Below the pieces are notes generated by a model, which made no database searches, had not been told where the DNA came from, and worked only from the letters and a program-made list of their open reading frames with translations. Below, one piece after another: positions 30,124 through 40,173 of a DNA stretch of 64,000 bases; position 1 is the first letter of the stretch, and each line of letters begins with the position of its first letter. Made by a program: the position numbers and the translations under genes. This stretch comes from an uncultured virus (IMG/VR IMGVR_UViG_3300031758_009234) (lineage: Duplodnaviria > Heunggongvirae > Uroviricota > Caudoviricetes). The stretch spans positions 1 to 64,000 of the IMG/VR virus record IMGVR_UViG_3300031758_009234; one strand, given 5' to 3'.

Positions 30124-30719
30124 TAGCTAAATATAAAGAAGATATAAGTTGGACAAAACTATTTAAGAGATCTAAACTTTTTATTTATGACAAAAGTGGT
30201 GATGATAATGGTTATATAAATTTACCAAATTTTGGTAGAGAAGCTCATACCTATCTATATCATATAGTTAATAATTATGATAATTTATCTGATTATGTTT
30301 GTTTCCTACAAGGTAATCCATATGATGGAGTAAAGGGTAATTTAAGTCAAAATATTGAGACTATTGACTCTTATAACGGATCAGACTTTCTTTGTTTATC
30401 ACATCTTTTAAAATGTAACTTGGATGGCGGACCTGTACACCCTGGTTTGAATATAAAAGAAATTATATTTGATAAATATTTTGAAAATAGTCCAAATGAA
30501 TTATATTTTATAGTAGGAGCTCAATTTTTAGTTAGTAGAAATTTTATAAAAATGAGACCTAAGCAATTTTATATTAACCTACTAAGTGAGTTTGATAGAG
30601 ATGATATAAATGATACAGTGATTCCACCACATAAAGGTGGTGGTGTTAATAAAATGCCGTGGATAATGGAGAGAATTTGGTTCTATGTATTTAACGAAAA
30701 ATATAAATTAAAATTATGA
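30108..30719 (+). CDS. DUF3431-like glycan-related protein
   Basis: VVIAKYKEDISW, PNFGREAHTYLYHIV, GAQFLVSR. Confidence 0.75.
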   Translation: MVEVVIAKYKEDISWTKLFKRSKLFIYDKSGDDNGYINLPNFGREAHTYLYHIVNNYDNLSDYVCFLQGNPYDGVKGNLSQNIETIDSYNGSDFLCLSHLLKCNLDGGPVHPGLNIKEIIFDKYFENSPNELYFIVGAQFLVSRNFIKMRPKQFYINLLSEFDRDDINDTVIPPHKGGGVNKMPWIMERIWFYVFNEKYKLKL

Positions 30720-31477
30720 TTAACGAAAAAGATATTTGTTTTGTAACAACAACACTATATACTAAATTTTTGAATTATCAATCAAAAATTTTAAAGAGTA
30801 ATTTTCCTGAAAGTCAACATATAGTAGTTGATGGTAGAAAGGAATGGCCCAATTCTTGGTTTTATTGGATTGAAGAAGTTAAAAAAACTGATTGTAAATA
30901 CTTTGTTCATATTGATGAAGATTTCTTTTTAACATCAAAGGATGAGTTTTTAAAAGCTGTTCAGAAACTTGAAAGTGTTGATATACTTGGTGTATCAGAT
31001 GGATATTCTCAATTTAGAGGTGCTAATCCAGTGGCTATTAATGCTTTTTTACTTATGGGTAAAATTGAATTTTTGAGAAAAGTTAATTTCTCAAATATAC
31101 AATTTGGGTTTCATCCTGTTAATGGTTGGCTTAATAACTATGGAATTAAGTTTGAAGAAGATTATAAAAAAGATTTTAAATATCAACACGAAATTCAAGG
31201 TGGTTCTAATTTTAATTATGAACAAGAGCCTTACTACGCATTTTTATGGACTATGAAAAAGTTAGGTTGTAAATTTGATTATTTATATCCACACTTTGAT
31301 GAGAGATTTAAATCGACAAATCCTAGATTAGATAAAGATTCACCAGATATAGGAATTCATATGTGGTATACAAGAAACTGGTCTAGTAATGAAGATGTAC
31401 ATGGTATGACTAATATTGATAGATACAATTCTGTTGAAAGTTATATACTTGAAAATTTAATATTAGAAAATGAATAG
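30716..31477 (+). CDS. putative GT-A fold glycosyltransferase
   Basis: DxD-like HIDEDFF; lies in the glycan cluster. Confidence 0.55.
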   Translation: MINEKDICFVTTTLYTKFLNYQSKILKSNFPESQHIVVDGRKEWPNSWFYWIEEVKKTDCKYFVHIDEDFFLTSKDEFLKAVQKLESVDILGVSDGYSQFRGANPVAINAFLLMGKIEFLRKVNFSNIQFGFHPVNGWLNNYGIKFEEDYKKDFKYQHEIQGGSNFNYEQEPYYAFLWTMKKLGCKFDYLYPHFDERFKSTNPRLDKDSPDIGIHMWYTRNWSSNEDVHGMTNIDRYNSVESYILENLILENE

Positions 31478-32153
31478 AGTTTATATAAATGTTGCTGTGA
31501 TGGGTTCTGTTAATGAAGTTTTGACAAACCTATTAAATAGAATTAAAGATAGTAGTTTATACGAAAATTGTGATGTAATCAATTTAGTCATTAATGGTGA
31601 TATAAACTTATTAAAGGTGAATTTAGATGATCCTAAATATAAAATTTGGAATAAATATAAAGATACTTCATATAATGAGTTTCCAACTTTAGATCTAATT
31701 TGGAAACATTCACAAGACGAAGATTTCAATGTTCTTTATTTACACACAAAAGGAGTAAGTAGAAATCATCCTTTTATAACGGATTGGACTAATTACTTAT
31801 CTTATTTTAGTATAAATAAATGGGAAGATAGATTAGAAGAGTTAAAAGAGAATGATTGTACTGGTGTTAATTTAAGAGGTAATCCAGAAGATATCAAATT
31901 TCATCCTATGTATTGGGGATATGGTAAAGCCCCTAAACATTATTCTGGTAATTTTTGGTGGAGTAAATCTTCACATATTAAAAATTTATGTAATCCAATC
32001 ACTTGGATGCCTAATAATGATTATCTGAAATGGAGAATGATGTGTGAAATGTGGGTTTGTCAATTACCAGAATCAAAATACTATAATGCTCATACATCAG
32101 ATGTTGATCATTACCAAAATCCATATCCAGGAGAATTATATGAAACAGTTTAA
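31470..32153 (+). CDS. putative glycosyltransferase-like protein
   Basis: EFPTL, YLHTKGVS, HYSGNFWW motifs typical of proteins in viral glycan clusters. Confidence 0.6.
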   Translation: MNRVYINVAVMGSVNEVLTNLLNRIKDSSLYENCDVINLVINGDINLLKVNLDDPKYKIWNKYKDTSYNEFPTLDLIWKHSQDEDFNVLYLHTKGVSRNHPFITDWTNYLSYFSINKWEDRLEELKENDCTGVNLRGNPEDIKFHPMYWGYGKAPKHYSGNFWWSKSSHIKNLCNPITWMPNNDYLKWRMMCEMWVCQLPESKYYNAHTSDVDHYQNPYPGELYETV

Positions 32154-32301
32154 TCCCAGTGATGAGTTATCGAAGTTACTTTCTCAAGAATTAGCTAAGT
32201 CTATTGATAAAGAAATTATGAATGAACTATTTAGACTTTTTCCAAAAGTAACAATGAGTAGAAGAAATAAAATTAATAAAATATACAAAAAAGGTGATTA
32301 A
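32140..32301 (+). CDS. small protein with a capsid-like helix and the C-terminal tag
   Basis: MKQFNPSDELSKLLSQELAKSIDKEIMNEL...RRNKINKIYKKGD. Confidence 0.6.
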   Translation: MKQFNPSDELSKLLSQELAKSIDKEIMNELFRLFPKVTMSRRNKINKIYKKGD

Positions 32302-32306
32302 ATTAA

Positions 32307-32951
32307 TCACCTTTTTTTTCTCCAATGAGCAACTAAGTAGTTATCACCTATTAAATTATTATCAATAATAACTGGTGTATCAAAGTCTTCAAGTATTTTT
32401 GCTTTATTATAAAGAAACTCAATATCATAGAAGTTAAAATGAAATGTCATTGTAAATTCTTTAGATGTTACTTTTTGTTGTGAGTAATTAAATGTATTAT
32501 CACTTAAAGCTTTTAATATTATTTCATAAAATCGAATTATATAGATAGCATCTCTGTGTATATCAACACAAGTAATAGTAAATGGATAAAGAAATTGATT
32601 ATCTAAATCTAAATAGTGTTTTGTTACAATATCAAATAAAAGCCAATAATTTAAATCAGAGTCAACAGATCTAAAAGTTATTGTTAACTCGTGAGTTGTT
32701 GATATATCCTGAACATTTTTAGCAGGTTTGAATTGTCTTTCTTTACCTCTTGGTAGAACTTGTTTTGGTAAATCAATAGAAATACCTGGAAAGTTAACAG
32801 ATTTAATAGTAGAGTTAATATAATCTATTATATTTTCGTATTGAACCCAATTCTTTTCAAGAATAGGCTTATATGTCTCAACTAACTCTGGCTTTAAAAA
32901 GTTACTCGGTAAATTAAATATAAACTGACTGGACTGTGAACTTAACCTCAT
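32307..32951 (-). CDS. T4 tail tube/tube-terminator-like structural protein (gp19/gp3-like)
   Basis: IKSVNFPGISI, LTITFRSVDSDLNYW, FTMTF..Y pattern. Confidence 0.55.
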   Translation of the reverse strand: MRLSSQSSQFIFNLPSNFLKPELVETYKPILEKNWVQYENIIDYINSTIKSVNFPGISIDLPKQVLPRGKERQFKPAKNVQDISTTHELTITFRSVDSDLNYWLLFDIVTKHYLDLDNQFLYPFTITCVDIHRDAIYIIRFYEIILKALSDNTFNYSQQKVTSKEFTMTFHFNFYDIEFLYNKAKILEDFDTPVIIDNNLIGDNYLVAHWRKKR

Positions 32952-32968
32952 TTATTTATTATTAATTT

Positions 32969-35098
32969 TTATGGTTTTTTATTAGGTGTTGTTTGACCTG
33001 AAATTAACTTTCTAGTAACGATAGCAGTTTCTTTTGGCATCTTAGGATCTTTAATGATATCTGGTGCCTTAGGAGCTTCATTATTAAGAATTTGAATATT
33101 ATCAAGACTGTCGTAAATTTTAAATAATCCAGTATAAATAACTGTACTATTAGCACCTGTTGTACCAACAATATAAAAAATATTTACTTTAGCATCATAA
33201 ATCTTTTTAACATTTAAAAATTTAGATTCAGGTATTTTAAATACAACTTGTCCTAACTTTAAGTTTACTTCTTTTGATTCAGTCATCAATTTAAAATCAT
33301 GTGATGATGTATCATTTTTTATAACCATTTTAACTTCTGTAAAAGATGTTAAATCTAAATAGTCTGGTTGTGTACTAACACCACTTGCAATAACAAACTT
33401 CATTATGTTATCAAATGGATATATTAATACTTGTAATTTTCCAATACCATAGAAAGTTGTGCTATTAACTATTGAGTTTTCTGATTTTGCTATAATATTA
33501 AATCTATCAACAAAAACTGGAAAAGGTACTTTTACTTCTTGGACTTGTACATTTCCAGCACCACCGCCTCCACCAAGACCCGCTCCGTTTCCGCCACCAG
33601 CACCACCAGCGCCTGTGTTTACATTAGGATAACCACCATTTGGATTACCAGAACCACCCGCTCCGGTTCCTGTACCAGCACCTGTACCAACACCTGTACC
33701 AGCACCTGTACCAGCACCTGTACCAGTGCCTGTTCCGTTTCCAGTACCGGTTCCTAAACCATTTGTATTATTAATATTGTTTCCTTGATTTTGTAAAGCT
33801 AATAGATCTTTAAATGTTCCATTTGATCCAGAAAATAGTGCTTTTCCTATAGCTATTCCATTTTTATATCCAACACCTATTTGTTTTCCAAAATTTCTAC
33901 CAGATACAGAATTTGATTTACCTAAAGAGTTAGTATTCCCTAATAAAGCAGCATCTATATTATTTTTAATATTATAAACTTTTGGTTTTAATGCGTTATC
34001 TAAATTTATTTTAGATAAACGTATGCTATATTTGGTTATTTCATCTTGTAACATACCATAAGAAGCTCTTCTTAATATAAACGAATCATCAACTGAATCT
34101 ATAAGTCTCATTTCAACATCTATAATTGCGGTTGTTGTTGAGAATTTAATAATTGGTCTATAATCAACTGTTTCGTTAAAACCATCATTTATAGTAACTG
34201 TTGTCTTTTTACCTCTTATATTTTGCTCATAAGTAATAATATCATACTGAACATAGTATCTACGTCCTTCTCTTACAGAATCATCAATAAACTTTTTAAA
34301 CTCAGCAATATTATTATTATATGTTCCAAATATTTCAAAATAATCACCATCGGATGAGTGTTGAATTTTTAATCCTAATCTTTCAAATTCTGGTGTTTGT
34401 GGTAAAGTTGTCGTAACTTTAGTTCCTAAAATATAATTTGTTCTACCATTAATCGTCTCAATACCATCAACAAAGTAAAAATCTATGAAAATTGGAGATG
34501 TTGAGCTTAAACCAATACCATCCGTTAAATTAAAATTAATACTATTTTCTTTTGGATATTCTCCAGTTAGTTGAGCTGCAACTTCACTAACAGCTGGTAT
34601 ATCAATTGATATATTTTTACCCCATAGTTTTTCTTGAAAATAAAGTGGTGGTGCTGAATAATTTAGTAAATTTGATTGACTAGTATTAGTCATGTCAAAA
34701 AAGAAATTTGATAAATCAAAACTTATTGTATTTGTTCTATCAAATGTATAAACTTTAATATAAAAACCTAAATGCTCACCGAAAGTCCAGTTTACTGGAA
34801 TATGAATTTTAACTGTATCATGTCTGACTGGTATACCAACTGAATAGTCTTTATATTGTAAATATGAATAGTAAGTCGTATCAACTACTGAAAACTTACC
34901 TGATATTGCATCTAATCTAAAAAGTTGATTTGATGGTATATTACCAGAAACACCATCTGGATCACCAACGTATGATCTTCTTCTATCTCTTGAGTCAATT
35001 AATATTTGATATTTCTCAGCTATAAGATTACCATCATTATAAATATATTCTAATAATATATCTTTATCTAATTTTAAATATTTTGAAATCTTAGCCAT
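32969..35098 (-). CDS. large putative structural protein with a Gly-rich insertion
   Basis: 709 aa; TTAATATATA upstream; (GTGA)n tract. Confidence 0.6.
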   Translation of the reverse strand: MAKISKYLKLDKDILLEYIYNDGNLIAEKYQILIDSRDRRRSYVGDPDGVSGNIPSNQLFRLDAISGKFSVVDTTYYSYLQYKDYSVGIPVRHDTVKIHIPVNWTFGEHLGFYIKVYTFDRTNTISFDLSNFFFDMTNTSQSNLLNYSAPPLYFQEKLWGKNISIDIPAVSEVAAQLTGEYPKENSINFNLTDGIGLSSTSPIFIDFYFVDGIETINGRTNYILGTKVTTTLPQTPEFERLGLKIQHSSDGDYFEIFGTYNNNIAEFKKFIDDSVREGRRYYVQYDIITYEQNIRGKKTTVTINDGFNETVDYRPIIKFSTTTAIIDVEMRLIDSVDDSFILRRASYGMLQDEITKYSIRLSKINLDNALKPKVYNIKNNIDAALLGNTNSLGKSNSVSGRNFGKQIGVGYKNGIAIGKALFSGSNGTFKDLLALQNQGNNINNTNGLGTGTGNGTGTGTGAGTGAGTGVGTGAGTGTGAGGSGNPNGGYPNVNTGAGGAGGGNGAGLGGGGGAGNVQVQEVKVPFPVFVDRFNIIAKSENSIVNSTTFYGIGKLQVLIYPFDNIMKFVIASGVSTQPDYLDLTSFTEVKMVIKNDTSSHDFKLMTESKEVNLKLGQVVFKIPESKFLNVKKIYDAKVNIFYIVGTTGANSTVIYTGLFKIYDSLDNIQILNNEAPKAPDIIKDPKMPKETAIVTRKLISGQTTPNKKP
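33669..33728. repeat. 12-bp tandem repeat CCTGTACCAGCA x~5 encoding (GTGA)n
   Basis: Directly visible in the sequence. Confidence 0.85.
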
Positions 35099-35154
35099 TT
35101 AAGTCTATAATGTTTTAGATATATATTAAAAAAGAAAACCTCTCATTTATACAA

Positions 35155-35556
35155 TCAGAGGTTTTCTTTTAATAGTCTTTCTTTAACACATTCAACTATT
35201 TGTTCTTCGGTTAAATCTGGATGATTTAAACAAATTTGTTTATATAATTCTTGTTCTTCTAAAGCTAATTTTTCAATTTCTTTATTGATTGGATTAGTAA
35301 AGTTTTCTAACTTTTTCCCTTCAGTTTCTATTTCATCAATTATTTTTAGTAACTCATTTAAAGAAGAATAACTTTCGTTGTTTTTATTTTCCTCTTTTTT
35401 CATGTCCTTTTCTAAATTATCAAGTTTTTTATAAGCATCATTCAACATTTGTAACGTTTCTTTTGCTTTTTCTTGATACTTATTTAAATCACTTAACATA
35501 TTGATATAAGTTTTTCTAATATTAACAGCTGCTAATAAGAATCTTTCGTCTATCAT
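35155..35556 (-). CDS. coiled-coil hypothetical protein
   Basis: 133 aa helical ORF. Confidence 0.7.
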   Translation of the reverse strand: MIDERFLLAAVNIRKTYINMLSDLNKYQEKAKETLQMLNDAYKKLDNLEKDMKKEENKNNESYSSLNELLKIIDEIETEGKKLENFTNPINKEIEKLALEEQELYKQICLNHPDLTEEQIVECVKERLLKENL

Positions 35557-36464
35557 TGTTGCTCAGTCTCTTTTTTGGCTCTTGGTTTTCGAGTGACTTT
35601 TTTTACTTCAGAAACTTTAATTTCTTCTTTTTCTTGTTTTAAATTTCTTTTTGTTGAAGCTATTGGTTTTTTTCTAGTTGTTGTTTTTTTAACTGATTTG
35701 TTATAAACCATTTCTTTTATCTTTTCAGAAATTTGAAATTTTAAATTTTCTGGATTTTTTAATAAATCATTAGCTATTTCAGATGCTAAGAAATCTATAA
35801 TACTTTTTTCATATGAATCCTCCATCATTTCAATAAAGTCTAATCTAGGAATTTTATTATTTAGAGTTAAATCTAAACTAAACTCAACTACTTTTTTGGC
35901 ATTTCTGAACATTATGTGAATTGGATCTTCTGGTTTAGCAAGAGGTCTTTGAACAACATCACCTTCTTCATTTCTTTGAACCTCTACTCTTTGCACATTA
36001 TTATCAACAACTGGAGGTATATAAGTTTGTTGTGGTGGTGTTGGTAATTCTTCATCATCGATTAATCTAGATAAAGCTTCCTGTTGTCTAACAGTTGCTT
36101 CTCTATTATCAATCACACCATACTTTCTAGCCAATTCCTCTCTTTCATCTTCAATTGATGAATAAACAACCGCACTATCATCACTAGTTGGTCTAACTTG
36201 ACCACTATAATTAGACATATTTACAGTTCCATCATCAACCATATTATCGGTTGGTATGTTTTTAATTGTTTCAGTTAATGATTCAAAAGCTGATCTATTA
36301 TTAAGAAATGAACGAGGATCAATTTCTTCTACAAAGTAATTTGTATCACCTAATCTTCGAACATCAATTTTTTGTTTGTTTTCTAGAATTGCGATATTTT
36401 CAAATGAATCAATTACCTTAACAACCTCTCCAGTTCTAATATCTCTAAATTTTTTACCTTTCAT
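35553..36464 (-). CDS. hypothetical protein
   Basis: 303 aa ORF with a Lys-rich tail. Confidence 0.7.
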   Translation of the reverse strand: MKGKKFRDIRTGEVVKVIDSFENIAILENKQKIDVRRLGDTNYFVEEIDPRSFLNNRSAFESLTETIKNIPTDNMVDDGTVNMSNYSGQVRPTSDDSAVVYSSIEDEREELARKYGVIDNREATVRQQEALSRLIDDEELPTPPQQTYIPPVVDNNVQRVEVQRNEEGDVVQRPLAKPEDPIHIMFRNAKKVVEFSLDLTLNNKIPRLDFIEMMEDSYEKSIIDFLASEIANDLLKNPENLKFQISEKIKEMVYNKSVKKTTTRKKPIASTKRNLKQEKEEIKVSEVKKVTRKPRAKKETEQQ

Positions 36465-36509
36465 AAAAATATATATATTTTTTAACTTCTGATTATATAT
36501 ATCTAAACC

Positions 36510-37190
36510 TTATTTGTTTAAATCAAAATCTATTTTATCCCTTTTAATAAACCTATTAGTATAAGAATCCAATGGTTGAAGATTTGTATAATGATTCAAC
36601 TTTATAACATCGTCCTCGTTGATCGCACTGGATAACGGAATTATATGATCTATATCCCAAATTACTCCATAATTATCCCAAGACATATCACCAACAAATC
36701 TTTCCTCTAAATAATTTTTAAAAAACTCAATATCACAACCCAAAATATCTATCGACTTTTTATTCTTAGATAAACCTTTACATTTAATGGAGTTTCTTAT
36801 TATCCTAGATATAACAGATTTTAACTTAAAAATGGGATCATTTTTTCTCCTCTCTCGCTGATAATTTGTTTTATACGATCTTATTTTTTCTCTATTTATC
36901 CTTGAATATTCTGACTTATATTTCTTTATTTTTTCTCTATTTTCTTCAGAATATTCTTTTTGATAAGTTAACTTTCGTTCCCTGTCTAAATTATATCTTT
37001 CTTTCTCTCTTTCTTTTATAGAGTCTTTATTTTTAGAATAGTATTCTTTTGATTTCTCTTTTAATTTCTCTTTATTTCTAAGAGCATATTCCTTTTTATA
37101 TAAACTCTCACATTCTTTACAAGAATTTTTTGTTTTTACGAATAAGATCAATTCTTTTTCAATTCCACATTTTATACAAATTTTAGTCAT
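36510..37190 (-). CDS. HNH-type homing endonuclease
   Basis: CxxC..CxxC; MSWDNYG..WDIDHIIP..HYTNLQPL..N. Confidence 0.85.
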   Translation of the reverse strand: MTKICIKCGIEKELILFVKTKNSCKECESLYKKEYALRNKEKLKEKSKEYYSKNKDSIKEREKERYNLDRERKLTYQKEYSEENREKIKKYKSEYSRINREKIRSYKTNYQRERRKNDPIFKLKSVISRIIRNSIKCKGLSKNKKSIDILGCDIEFFKNYLEERFVGDMSWDNYGVIWDIDHIIPLSSAINEDDVIKLNHYTNLQPLDSYTNRFIKRDKIDFDLNK

Positions 37191-37253
37191 AAGTTATATA
37201 TAAAAAAAGTGTCCTCTTTTTTGAGGACACTTTTTTTATTGATTTTTCAAATC

Positions 37254-38228
37254 TTACAAATCTGAAAAGAAATCGTCTTCCGATTCTACTTGTGTAGTAG
37301 TAGTCTTTTGAGTAAACGTTTCTTCGAACTCAAAATCATCTGAAGATGGTTTTGTTTCAGTTTTAGTCGCTGAGAATGAAGAAGAAGCTTTTCCAGTTAA
37401 GAAGTTAACGATTTCGTTAATCTTACCATTTTGCTCATCAGTCAATCTTTTTGGTGCGTATTCCTCTAAATCATGCTCTCTATCTGTTAAGAAATCTTTA
37501 ACAATAGATTGAGCTTCTGGTTTAACTCTTACTTTACCATCAATTTCGATAGTTGGTACATTTTTGAATACACCGTTTTTGAATACTGGTAAAGAAGTTG
37601 TCTCACTTTTAAAAGTTGACATTTTATAATCTGGGTAAGTTTCATCACCTGTTTGAATTTCTTTAACAATAAGTACGAAATCTTTTCCTTCTGCTAAATC
37701 AAATACATTACAAGGTACTCCAGAAATTTCACCATTTTTCTCTTGAGAGATTTTATCTTTAATAGTTTTACCGTATTGGAAAATCATAATTTTACCAACT
37801 AATTCTGGTTGTTGTTCATCTTCAACTACAAGAACATAAGAGTAATACTTTTTAGAATATTTTAATTGTCTTGCTTTTTCAATTAAAACTGCGTTTTTAG
37901 AGTTTGTCATTGTGTAATACAAATCTGTTAAAGCACATTTCTCATTGAAGTTTTTTGGACTATCAAACCATCCAGCTAATTCTCTAGGGTTTTTGATATC
38001 TACGAAGTGTGTGATTTTCTCGATAGCCATTTGACCTACTTTACCTTCTTTTGTTAAGTTAGGTAAAAGTCTAACTACTGATCTCCATCCTCTTTTTTTG
38101 TCTTTCACTTTTGAAAGATCTACTCGGTAAATACCGTCGTTGTTTGTTGTTGTCTTTTGCTCATTTAAGAAGTCCATTTTGCTGTCTAAGCCTCCATTAA
38201 ATAGATCATCAATGTTTTCATTTGCCAT
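37254..38228 (-). CDS. T4 gp32-like single-stranded DNA-binding protein
   Basis: VVRLLP, YYSYVLVVEDEQQPELVGKIMIFQYGKTI, FDLAEGKDF, YPDY; acidic tail DDFFSDL. Confidence 0.88.
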   Translation of the reverse strand: MANENIDDLFNGGLDSKMDFLNEQKTTTNNDGIYRVDLSKVKDKKRGWRSVVRLLPNLTKEGKVGQMAIEKITHFVDIKNPRELAGWFDSPKNFNEKCALTDLYYTMTNSKNAVLIEKARQLKYSKKYYSYVLVVEDEQQPELVGKIMIFQYGKTIKDKISQEKNGEISGVPCNVFDLAEGKDFVLIVKEIQTGDETYPDYKMSTFKSETTSLPVFKNGVFKNVPTIEIDGKVRVKPEAQSIVKDFLTDREHDLEEYAPKRLTDEQNGKINEIVNFLTGKASSSFSATKTETKPSSDDFEFEETFTQKTTTTQVESEDDFFSDL

Positions 38229-38301
38229 AATTGCTTTTTATTTATTTTTAATACTGACTTTGTTGTCAGTTAATATTTATATTAGAAATAATTTGGAAAG
38301 T

Positions 38302-38451
38302 TTAATTTTTTTTCATATATTCCTCAATTAATTTCTCTATAACTTTTGATTTATCTAAAAGATTATCATCTATATGCTTTTCAAAAACTTCATATAAATT
38401 TGGATCCATAGAAAAATATATTTTTAATTTTCTTTTAGTTTTAATTTTCAT
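38302..38451 (-). CDS. ribbon-helix-helix protein
   Basis: Not in the ORF track; MKIKTKRKLKIYFSMDPNLYEVFEKHIDDNLLDKSKVIEKLIEEYMKKN. Confidence 0.6.
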   Translation of the reverse strand: MKIKTKRKLKIYFSMDPNLYEVFEKHIDDNLLDKSKVIEKLIEEYMKKN

Positions 38452-38466
38452 ATTTTATTTTATATT

Positions 38467-39054
38467 TTAATCAGACCATTTGTTTCCTTTAGATAGATTA
38501 TCCTTAGCCCATAGTGGTTGAAAATTAGTGTAATGGTTTAACTCGTATATCTCATCTTCTGTATTAGCCCAACTTATCGGCGTTTTGTGGTCTAAGTGCC
38601 ATTTACCATGATTTTCCCAAGTCATTCCTTCATTGAATTGACTTTCTATGTGAATTTTGAATTCTTCAAATGAACAGCCTAGTATATTATTCACTTTTGA
38701 TTTTTTTGAAAATCCTCTTTTCTTAATCGATGTGTAAATCAACTTTCTTATAGATATCGATAGTTTAAATAGATTATCATATTTTTTTCTTTCATTTATA
38801 TAAATATTTCTATTTTCTCTATTCTCTTCTTGATATTTTTTATTTCTCTCTATTATATAATCTTTATTTTTAGAGTAATTTTCTCTAGATCTCTGTATAA
38901 GAATATCTCTATTATCAATATAATATTCTTTCATTTTTTCTTTTCTAGAATCATTATATTTTTTATTTAAAATTTTATTACATTCTATACAAACTGACCA
39001 TCTTTTAAATTGAGATAAATCTTTTTCTAATTCACATTTACTGCATTTTTTCAT
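38467..39054 (-). CDS. HNH-type homing endonuclease
   Basis: MTWENHGKWHLDHKTP..NFQPLWAKDNLSKG. Confidence 0.85.
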   Translation of the reverse strand: MKKCSKCELEKDLSQFKRWSVCIECNKILNKKYNDSRKEKMKEYYIDNRDILIQRSRENYSKNKDYIIERNKKYQEENRENRNIYINERKKYDNLFKLSISIRKLIYTSIKKRGFSKKSKVNNILGCSFEEFKIHIESQFNEGMTWENHGKWHLDHKTPISWANTEDEIYELNHYTNFQPLWAKDNLSKGNKWSD

Positions 39055-39075
39055 AAGTTATATATTAATATATAA

Positions 39076-39108
39076 CTTCTACCTTTTCTACCTTTTCTAC
39101 CTTTTCTA
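39076..39108. repeat. 9-bp tandem repeat (CTACCTTTT)x3+
   Basis: CTTCTACCTTTTCTACCTTTTCTACCTTTTCTAC upstream of the HNH gene. Confidence 0.85.
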
Positions 39109-39109
39109 C

Positions 39110-39352
39110 TTAATTTTGTTGGTTAATTCCCATAATCTTTTCAGATAAATATTCTGTATAAGCAATACTACCCAAACTCTCTTTTGTGTATTGAGAATAA
39201 TCTGGCTTATACCATCTACTATCAAAATAATTATTATGTGAATTATCAATTACTTCACCCCTAAAAATTTTTAAGATTTTTTGAGCTCTTAAAAAAGAAT
39301 TATATCCAACATCATTTCTATATGGATCAACACTTATATAATATGGGTTCAT
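39110..39352 (-). CDS. hypothetical protein with an internal tag-like motif
   Basis: ISVDPY..LRAQKILKIF. Confidence 0.55.
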   Translation of the reverse strand: MNPYYISVDPYRNDVGYNSFLRAQKILKIFRGEVIDNSHNNYFDSRWYKPDYSQYTKESLGSIAYTEYLSEKIMGINQQN

Positions 39353-39519
39353 TTTCTAATTGTTTTAATACGTTCAACTTGATATTTCATTATATCGACA
39401 TTTTTATATTGGTTTAAGAAATCAACTATTTTTTTATACATCTCAATAGGTGTTTCTAATAAAATACATCCATATGGATAAACCCCCTCATTTATAAACT
39501 CAATATATTTTTTTATCAT
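39349..39519 (-). CDS. small leader-family protein, possibly truncated
   Basis: Not in the ORF track; MIKKYIEFINEGVYPYGCILL... Confidence 0.55.
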   Translation of the reverse strand: MIKKYIEFINEGVYPYGCILLETPIEMYKKIVDFLNQYKNVDIMKYQVERIKTIRK

Positions 39520-39585
39520 ATTCTATATATTTATATCGCCATTCCAAAAAAGTTATTATATTTGTAAAACAAAATAAGACGAGTT

Positions 39586-39756
39586 ATGGAAAGATATTCA
39601 ATGAAAGAGGTTTTAAAACAAAAGTATGGAGAAGTAGAAAAATCTAAAGGTGGTAAAGTTGCTACCAAAAGAGCTACTAAAAATGCTGAGAAAAAAGAAA
39701 CTGGTAAATATGTTACCAAAATCGTAGATGGTGTTAAATATATGGTTTTGAAATAA
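39586..39756 (+). CDS. small basic early protein
   Basis: MERYSMKEVLKQKYG...VKYMVLK, downstream of TATATTTG. Confidence 0.65.
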   Translation: MERYSMKEVLKQKYGEVEKSKGGKVATKRATKNAEKKETGKYVTKIVDGVKYMVLK

Positions 39757-40157
39757 TGACTAGTGAAGAAATAATAGAAGGCAATAAAATCATAGCTGAG
39801 TTTATGGTTCCTAACTGGGAACTTCTTAAATCAGATACTTATGAGGGTGGAATTGAAACTAAAGACTTATGGGTAGCCGCGAGTCTTTGTAGTGAAGAAT
39901 ATGGAACACTAAGATATCATATTTCATATGACTCACTCTTTAGAGTGATTGATAAATTAGAAGAAGATATTTATAATTGGGTTACTTTATCTGGTCATAG
40001 ATGTTTAATAGAAGAAAAATGTCCATATAGTGGTAAAGTCTATAAAAAAGTAGAGTATAACGGACTAAACTCAAAAGGTAGTAAAATAGAAAACTACTGG
40101 AGAACAGTAGTTGATTTTATAAAATATCTCAATGAAGAAAAAAAGAGTGATTTATAA
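39756..40157 (+). CDS. hypothetical phage protein
   Basis: GNKIIAEFM..YHISYDSLFRVIDKLE..VVDFIK. Confidence 0.7.
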   Translation: MTSEEIIEGNKIIAEFMVPNWELLKSDTYEGGIETKDLWVAASLCSEEYGTLRYHISYDSLFRVIDKLEEDIYNWVTLSGHRCLIEEKCPYSGKVYKKVEYNGLNSKGSKIENYWRTVVDFIKYLNEEKKSDL

Positions 40158-40173
40158 TCACTCTTTTTTTTTA

